DNA from: Candidatus Micrarchaeia archaeon
GTDB lineage: Archaea; Micrarchaeota; Micrarchaeia; Anstonellales; JAHKLY01
NCBI GenBank assembly: GCA_041653315.1
Contig: JBAZFO010000004.1
Coordinates: forward strand, 1 to 57,752
Direction of reading: 5' to 3'
Length of the DNA: 57,752 nucleotides
Part shown: positions 52,248 to 57,752 of the stretch, piece by piece
How the letters are laid out: the number at the start of each line of letters is the position of its first letter
Numbering within the stretch: position 1 is the stretch's first letter
The notes under the pieces: model-generated
What the model saw: the letters and a program-made list of their open reading frames with translations, nothing else
What the model was told of the DNA's origin: nothing
The model's database searches: none
Position numbers and translations under genes: made by a program

Positions 52248-53417
52248 TTACGACTCGCTCAGGGCTTCCCAATAGCCGAAGGGCTCCGTGGGATTGTTCG
52301 CATAGTCGTCCAGGACCTCCAGGGTCATACCAAGCTGCATCTCCTTTTTGGGGTCAAAGGAGAGGGTGCCGTCCGGCTTGAGCTGGCACTTGGAAATATG
52401 GTACTTGCCAGTCAGGCCCGTGGAGGGGGCGAAATCCAACCGGGCCGACCCTTCCTGGAATTCGGCGGTGGCCATCGGGAACCGCAGGCTTTCCCAGGTG
52501 GTTTTGGTATAGCTCACCTTCACCTCTTCCCCGTCGGCCAGGAAGCCCGCCGCCAGCCGTCCGATACGGCCCTGTAGCAACCCGCCCGCCACCTGCCCCG
52601 GGTCCTGGATGTAGTCGGTATTGCGCACCGCGTTCTGCCGGATAGCGTTGACGGTCGCCACCGTGGTCCAAGGAGTCGTGGCGCTGATCTGGATAAAGTA
52701 CCCGGTATAGCCGTTGACAAGGGCAGTGGCCCAGTCCGCCGGCAGATCGAAATTCATCTTGCCGTCCGCCGCCAGAGCCGCACCCGCCCCGGCCAGATTG
52801 CTCACCGCCGCCCAGGCGCTCCCGTTCCAATACTTCACCACCACGGCGCCGTATTCCCCGGGCACAGCAAAGTCGAAATAGACTTCGGTGAACGGAGTGG
52901 CCTTGCCCAGATAGAGCAGATCTCCGGCCTCTTCCAGGGTGTCAAAGGGTGTCCCGGCCAGCGAGTCGGCTTCGACGCTATGGTCCACGAACGCCTCGGC
53001 GCTGTCGTCGTAGAGAAACACCTTGTCCAGGAACTGACGCACGGTAACAGAAGAGACCCCGTAACCGAGCAGGGAACTGGGCAATTCGCCGTTCAGAGTG
53101 ACCGCCTCATCAACCACGGCCTCAGTGCTTTCCCCTACTACGGTGACAGCCCCGCCCTTGAAAAAGGGCCGCAGGTTGTCGGTATTGGGCTCAATCAGCT
53201 TGAACTTCATCACGATCTCTTCATCGATCGCGAAGGTTTTCAGCGTGCGCAATTTGCCGGAACGCTGGGACTTCACCTTCAGTTCCTCAGTTTTGGGTTC
53301 GATGGAGAGGCTGTCGGGCACAATCTCCCCCAGGTCCCGCATCCCGGAGCCCTCGTCAAAATTGAGGACGATCCCTCCAGGGATGGTGATATTGTCTAAG
53401 CTGGGAGCGGTAGACAT
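52248..53417 (-). CDS. Major tail (tube) protein with C-terminal extension (389 aa)
   Basis: Position upstream of the chaperones; beta-rich. Confidence 0.6.
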   Translation of the reverse strand: MSTAPSLDNITIPGGIVLNFDEGSGMRDLGEIVPDSLSIEPKTEELKVKSQRSGKLRTLKTFAIDEEIVMKFKLIEPNTDNLRPFFKGGAVTVVGESTEAVVDEAVTLNGELPSSLLGYGVSSVTVRQFLDKVFLYDDSAEAFVDHSVEADSLAGTPFDTLEEAGDLLYLGKATPFTEVYFDFAVPGEYGAVVVKYWNGSAWAAVSNLAGAGAALAADGKMNFDLPADWATALVNGYTGYFIQISATTPWTTVATVNAIRQNAVRNTDYIQDPGQVAGGLLQGRIGRLAAGFLADGEEVKVSYTKTTWESLRFPMATAEFQEGSARLDFAPSTGLTGKYHISKCQLKPDGTLSFDPKKEMQLGMTLEVLDDYANNPTEPFGYWEALSES

Positions 53418-53430
53418 GGCTTATATCCTC

Positions 53431-53889
53431 CTACGTTAAAGTGGTGGTAAAGGGGTTATTCAAGGCGTGACCGTAGGTGACCCGGTAACGCAGGACCAAC
53501 TCGCCGAATGCTTCATTCCCTATCGCGGGGCGCTTCGATTCCTCTTCAACCCGAATGACCGGACTCACCAGAACCGAAGAGCCGTTCATCACCATGTAAA
53601 CTTGGGCGGCGACCTCATCCGCCTGATCGTAAAAGGTTTGATAGCCATGGTCCTTGTCGGCCTTGAGGCGGATAAAAGCCACCATCTCCAGACGGATAAT
53701 TCCCTCAGCGTGCCGGTTGCCCCGTTCCCGGTCGTGATCGTCTTCATAGAAAAAGAGTTCCGCTTGTTTGATCTTATCCAGGTCCGTTCCTATCGGGTCC
53801 CGGCGGTGTATCTTGTCAACTCCGGCGACGTCGGCTGATAAGGCCGTCTCCAGGGCTTTCATGATCGTAGTTTTGACAGTATCCGCCAT
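53431..53889 (-). CDS. Tail terminator/completion protein candidate (152 aa)
   Basis: Position and size. Confidence 0.4.
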   Translation of the reverse strand: MADTVKTTIMKALETALSADVAGVDKIHRRDPIGTDLDKIKQAELFFYEDDHDRERGNRHAEGIIRLEMVAFIRLKADKDHGYQTFYDQADEVAAQVYMVMNGSSVLVSPVIRVEEESKRPAIGNEAFGELVLRYRVTYGHALNNPFTTTLT

Positions 53890-53890
53890 G

Positions 53891-54172
53891 CTAAATTTTC
53901 GGTCTGATTGACAGGTTCACAAATTGATAAGAACCCGCCTTTGTATCATAATTCTCAAAACCCATATGACCGTTTGCATTGACAACGACCTCTTGCTCCG
54001 GGTCAAAGGTTGACAGGCACTGGGAAATCGCCCCCTGAATACGCCGAACTGTTTCCTTTTCCCTCTCATCATCAAGGCCCGCCGGGGCGTCAGCAAGGGG
54101 GAAGGTCAACTGCTTATCCATTTCGTCTTTTACTTCTGCGGGTTTACCAGTTGCATTTACACTCCAACTCAT
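53891..54172 (-). CDS. Hypothetical head-tail protein (93 aa)
   Basis: ORF in the connector region. Confidence 0.4.
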   Translation of the reverse strand: MSWSVNATGKPAEVKDEMDKQLTFPLADAPAGLDDEREKETVRRIQGAISQCLSTFDPEQEVVVNANGHMGFENYDTKAGSYQFVNLSIRPKI

Positions 54173-54195
54173 TTGATTCTCCTTTTATTTTTTCT

Positions 54196-54849
54196 TTACC
54201 CGACCTTAAAGAGCCCGGCCTTCTTTATTTCTTCAATCAAAACCGGCTTGGCCCACTGGATCATATCCACCTTGGGGTCGATACGGCGCTTGACGACTAC
54301 GGAGCCCTTCAGGATAAACAGCGGGATAATGTCGGCCTTTTTGAAGGACTGCCCCGCCGCCCGGCGCTGGCGCATACCCTCCGAGCGCCGATTAGCGCCA
54401 TCTGCATATCCGAAAATAATCCCCTTGGCGATGAAGGTAGGCATCCCCAAAAAGGTCCATTTGCCGCCCACATTCTGCATTCGCCCCTTGGCCACTCCGG
54501 CATTGGTTAAGGCGAAGTCGGTAGGGATAGTCAGAAACCGCTTCCCGCCTTTCGGTTTGATCGTAAACGTGCTGCCCTTGGGGCCGAAATGCGTCTTGGC
54601 GTAATTCATCCCGGCATGGAGCTTGGCCGATATCACGGTGCCGCCACCTTCCGGCAAAGCGGCCTCTTCGGTTATGGAGCGGGCCAGGTTTCCGGTGCGC
54701 TTGGCCAGAGAACCCTCCCCGGGTCCGGCCAAGTGATCCCGCAACAGGTGTGCCTTGAGTTTTTGGTTTGTCCGATTGAGGGCCTGCATCGCTTTGGCGA
54801 TAATCCCCAATTCGATAGCTTTCAGGTATTCTAAGGCGTCTTGTGCCAT
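54196..54849 (-). CDS. Head-tail adaptor, HK97 gp10-like (217 aa)
   Basis: KRTGNLARSI motif; TGATG stop/start overlap at 54849. Confidence 0.5.
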   Translation of the reverse strand: MAQDALEYLKAIELGIIAKAMQALNRTNQKLKAHLLRDHLAGPGEGSLAKRTGNLARSITEEAALPEGGGTVISAKLHAGMNYAKTHFGPKGSTFTIKPKGGKRFLTIPTDFALTNAGVAKGRMQNVGGKWTFLGMPTFIAKGIIFGYADGANRRSEGMRQRRAAGQSFKKADIIPLFILKGSVVVKRRIDPKVDMIQWAKPVLIEEIKKAGLFKVG

Positions 54850-55457
54850 CAGCCGGGTCTCACTCGGTAGCGGTTCAGGGCGGCCTTCACCGACTCCAGC
54901 CACTCGCCCACCTGCATCTTGTTGATTGTGCCATCCGGGAGAGACACTGCACTCAGACCCGGATCATTGCGCCGCCGCCACTCATAGACGACTTGCTGAC
55001 AAATGGCCCCCTCCAGGTCCGCCGGAATGGCCACGTAATCTTCATCAGGGGTTTCGCCATCAGCCGGGGCCGGATCATAGCCCCCGGTGTAAGTGACCTG
55101 GTAAGCCTTGGCCCCCGAGGGCCAGCACCCGCCGCCCTTGTAACCGATCATCCCGGCCTTGGGATTCACCAGGGCGTAATCGGAGGTGCCGTATTCCGTA
55201 GCCGAATCCCATTCCCAGACGCTGGAATAGAGGATTTCGGCGATCTCTTGCACGGGACGCTCAGTAAGAAAAAGATACTGCCCTCCGCCGTCGTGATATG
55301 ACACCCGTTCGATCCGCTCAAATTCACGATTGCAGAAAGTCGCGGCCCGAACCGAAACCTCAGTGATCTTGGCCTCAAGCTGCGCCTGCACATCGGCGTC
55401 CAGGGCTTCGGTTTCGCCAAGGAGGCGCTGCACGCTTGCGATGGTGGTCAGGTCCAT
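54849..55457 (-). CDS. Head-tail connector, gp6-like (202 aa)
   Basis: N-terminal MDLTTIASVQRLLGE...ITEVSVRAATFCNREF, typical of gp6-like DNA-packaging/connector proteins. Confidence 0.6.
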   Translation of the reverse strand: MDLTTIASVQRLLGETEALDADVQAQLEAKITEVSVRAATFCNREFERIERVSYHDGGGQYLFLTERPVQEIAEILYSSVWEWDSATEYGTSDYALVNPKAGMIGYKGGGCWPSGAKAYQVTYTGGYDPAPADGETPDEDYVAIPADLEGAICQQVVYEWRRRNDPGLSAVSLPDGTINKMQVGEWLESVKAALNRYRVRPG

Positions 55458-55488
55458 GGGGTTGCCCTATTTCCTCTCCGGCGGCGCC

Positions 55489-56127
55489 TTAATCATCCGG
55501 TCTTGGGGCGGGGCTTCCGGGGCTTCTTTCTTTTGATTTCCTCGTTCCCGGTTTCCGCCCGCGCTTTCCTGTTTCCGGTTTGTCTCCACTCTTAACCTCC
55601 AAATCAACGGCCCAGATGTTGGTTTGCGGAATCACCCGGAACCGGCCAGGGAAAAGCTCTTCAACGGCTTGAATAACCCCAGGCGTCGCCCCGTGGTAAT
55701 CATGGCCGCAAATGAGCTTCTTAGCCTTGGGGATCCACGCCAGAACGTCGGCCTTGACCCCCTCATAAGAGTGATCGCCGTCGATAAAAACCATATCGAT
55801 TGAGGCGTCCTTAAAAGTCAAAACGGCTTCCAATGAGGGCGCCTGGATGATGTTCAAGTTTTTGAAGTGCCCCACGTTTTCTTTGAAGGTGGCCAGCGCC
55901 CCCGCCCGGAAGGTTCCGGCCCGCGGCCCAAACATCATTATCCAGTGGTCAACAGCAGTTACCGTCCCGGGACAGCCGGAGCACAGGGCATGAGTGGACC
56001 GGCCCTTGTAAGAACCGACCTCCACAATGGAAGCCATGCCTTGCGCCGTTTCATACAGCCATTGCAGGCAAATGGCGCTCATGCTCCTGGCGCCCTCAAT
56101 CGGCGGATCAGGCATTTGATATTTCAA
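55489..56127 (-). CDS. Class I SAM-dependent methyltransferase (TylF/CmcI-like O-methyltransferase type) with basic C-terminal tail
   Basis: IVEVGSYKGRST (motif I) and MVFIDGDHSYE. Confidence 0.7.
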   Translation of the reverse strand: MKYQMPDPPIEGARSMSAICLQWLYETAQGMASIVEVGSYKGRSTHALCSGCPGTVTAVDHWIMMFGPRAGTFRAGALATFKENVGHFKNLNIIQAPSLEAVLTFKDASIDMVFIDGDHSYEGVKADVLAWIPKAKKLICGHDYHGATPGVIQAVEELFPGRFRVIPQTNIWAVDLEVKSGDKPETGKRGRKPGTRKSKERSPGSPAPRPDD

Positions 56128-56788
56128 GCGGTCGGTCCCCCTTCAAGATGACGGTCAATTTGTTCTTGTCATGGATCACCATGTCGCAGTAGCCCTCCGG
56201 GATAGTCACCACCTCCACCGGCTCGCCCAATTCCCGCCAGATATGGCCATGCCGGTAGTCCATGATCCGCCAGTATTTTCCACCGCCAATCTCCGGCTGA
56301 TAGAGGCTCAAAAACATGGAGGTGTTCTCGCTCCCATACCGTTGCCCCATGCGATACCGGGTCAGGGTATAGAGGTCCAGTTTCCAAGGCTGGAAGCTCA
56401 CCAGCAAAGGCTTGTCTGGCCCCCTACTCACCTCCTGGTGAATCCGGGCTACAAAGTCTTCACTCACCAGGTCATCACAATCCAAGCGGGTTTGGATATG
56501 AGCCCGGGGCAGTCGATAATTGCGCACCTGCTCATCTGCCGGAAATTCCATTTTCTCATCTTCCACCCCGTAGCCCTGGAAAGGGTGAACCTTGGGGTGT
56601 AGAGCTGCTACGATGTCATTGTGGGCCGGGTGGCACCGGACCCAAATTTCAAAGTTCTGGTCGGTTTGCCGCAGTAATCGGGGCAGCGCCATAGACTGAT
56701 AGAAAGGCAGCCGCCACCCCCATTGAGGGTCTTCCGGATTGAAAGCCATGCGGGTGATGATGATGTGGCTCAACTTTTTCATGATCAT
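56108..56788 (-). CDS. Glycosyltransferase-like protein (putative rhamnosyltransferase-type fold, 226 aa)
   Basis: HIIITRMAF N-terminus and RLDCDDLV DxD-like motif. Confidence 0.45.
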   Translation of the reverse strand: MIMKKLSHIIITRMAFNPEDPQWGWRLPFYQSMALPRLLRQTDQNFEIWVRCHPAHNDIVAALHPKVHPFQGYGVEDEKMEFPADEQVRNYRLPRAHIQTRLDCDDLVSEDFVARIHQEVSRGPDKPLLVSFQPWKLDLYTLTRYRMGQRYGSENTSMFLSLYQPEIGGGKYWRIMDYRHGHIWRELGEPVEVVTIPEGYCDMVIHDKNKLTVILKGDRPLEISNA

Positions 56789-57684
56789 GCCAACCTCTCA
56801 CTCTTGGCCGTAACCAACCCGATATTGACGACCCCCAGCCGCTGAATCTGCTTAATTTGCTGGATATAGCAGGCTCGCAAATCCGAGCCGAACCCGGTAT
56901 CAGGCTTGACGGTGATCTGATTTTTGTGGACCCGCCGATTCATCAAGGGCTTCTTGTTGGCGCATACCGCTTTGATCTTGGCGGAGGTCAGCCGTTTCAT
57001 AAACTCAGTATCCGCCGCACAAGGCCAGGGCATGAACCCGCCCATCGCCAGGAAGATTTTTTTTCTAATAAGGAAAACGCCGCACGTTTGCTTCTGTTCC
57101 CCAGACTCCATGTCGGTTCCCATCATGTAGACGGCGGTGCCGCCCGGACTTTTGTCATGCTCTAATAGGCGTTCAATCATGTCGGGGTTGGCCGTATCGT
57201 CTGTATCGAAAAACAGGAGCCGGTCATGTTTGGCCAGGGCCGCCAGGCTGTTTTTGACTAAATAAGGGCCGTAGTTATTGCTAAACCAATGGATCTGCAA
57301 ATTTTCATAATTCTGCGCTATTTTAAGAGCCCGCCACCGGGTGGATTTGCAAGCGTCCACCCCCAGGAGGATTTCATGTTGTGCGCCGCCCTGGAAATAC
57401 GTTTGGGCCACCAGCGAATCGAGACACTCCTGCAAAAAGTCCGCCGCTTTCCACGCCGGGATGATAATGGAAATGTCCCCTCCCGGAGCCACGGAAGCAA
57501 CCGGGAGAGGATCAGGGGCGATGTCAGCCGATTTTACCAGGTCAAGTTTCCAGGCGTTCAATCGCACCAGTTCAGGGGAGGGGTTTTCCAATAACTCACC
57601 GCCCTGAACCGTCCGTTGAAACGGAAGCTGGATTGAGTAGCCCGCCTTGACCCGGTAAACCGCCTGTGTCGCCTGTTGCTGCAT
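56785..57684 (-). CDS. Family 2 glycosyltransferase (299 aa)
   Basis: ISIIIPAWKAADFLQECLDSLVAQTY and FFDTDD motifs. Confidence 0.75.
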   Translation of the reverse strand: MQQQATQAVYRVKAGYSIQLPFQRTVQGGELLENPSPELVRLNAWKLDLVKSADIAPDPLPVASVAPGGDISIIIPAWKAADFLQECLDSLVAQTYFQGGAQHEILLGVDACKSTRWRALKIAQNYENLQIHWFSNNYGPYLVKNSLAALAKHDRLLFFDTDDTANPDMIERLLEHDKSPGGTAVYMMGTDMESGEQKQTCGVFLIRKKIFLAMGGFMPWPCAADTEFMKRLTSAKIKAVCANKKPLMNRRVHKNQITVKPDTGFGSDLRACYIQQIKQIQRLGVVNIGLVTAKSERLA

Positions 57685-57752
57685 TATCGGCCCCTTAAAC
57701 GCTGAACTCCACGTCGTTAACCTGAGTCACCGGCAGGATGGCGGCGGCCATG
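57631..57752. repeat. Terminal direct repeat, copy 2
   Basis: Identical to 1-122. Confidence 0.95.

Overview
The window is a complete temperate siphovirus-like phage genome. Its first 122 bp are identical to its last 122 bp, so the unique length is 57,630 bp and the molecule is circular or terminally redundant. About 90% of genes are on the minus strand. All protein calls come from motifs read by eye in the supplied translations; no database search was run.

Modules, in minus-strand transcription order:
- Immunity switch and integration (32.6-35.2 kb): divergent cro-like and CI-like S24 repressor genes, an xis-like gene, a tyrosine integrase, and a tRNA-Asp 3' fragment that is the likely attP.
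- Replication and early genes (27-32 kb): replisome organizer with internal iterons, HU, CspA, RusA, and HNH insertions.
- Terminase region (23.4-27.1 kb): atypical, described below.
- A roughly 680-nt stretch with no credible ORF (22.2-22.9 kb), downstream of an operator-flanked promoter.
- DNA-metabolism block (6.9-22.2 kb): SNF2 helicase, beta-class methyltransferase, Cas4-like nuclease, SbcC-like ATPase, tRNA-Ile(UAU), and a DndC/PAPS-reductase-like gene.
- HK97-type head genes (0.06-6.6 kb): portal-MuF fusion with an intein, protease, and major capsid protein.
- A glycosyltransferase/methyltransferase cassette (55.5-57.7 kb).
- Lambda-like tail genes (37.6-55.4 kb), including a -1 frameshifted chaperone.
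- Lysis cassette (35.3-37.5 kb).

The observations most worth follow-up:
- The large terminase is split into separate ATPase and nuclease ORFs in permuted order, with a second, degenerate nuclease paralog.
- The long ORF-free, purine-rich leader may be a structured RNA.
- A gene contains 16 near-identical 18-bp repeats encoding a hexapeptide-repeat protein, with variation confined to three nucleotide positions.
- A CAAGGCAAGG-containing GC-rich element precedes three consecutive genes.
- The portal-MuF gene carries an intein with a DUF559/Vsr-like endonuclease.
- The glycosylation/methylation cassette sits inside the structural operon.
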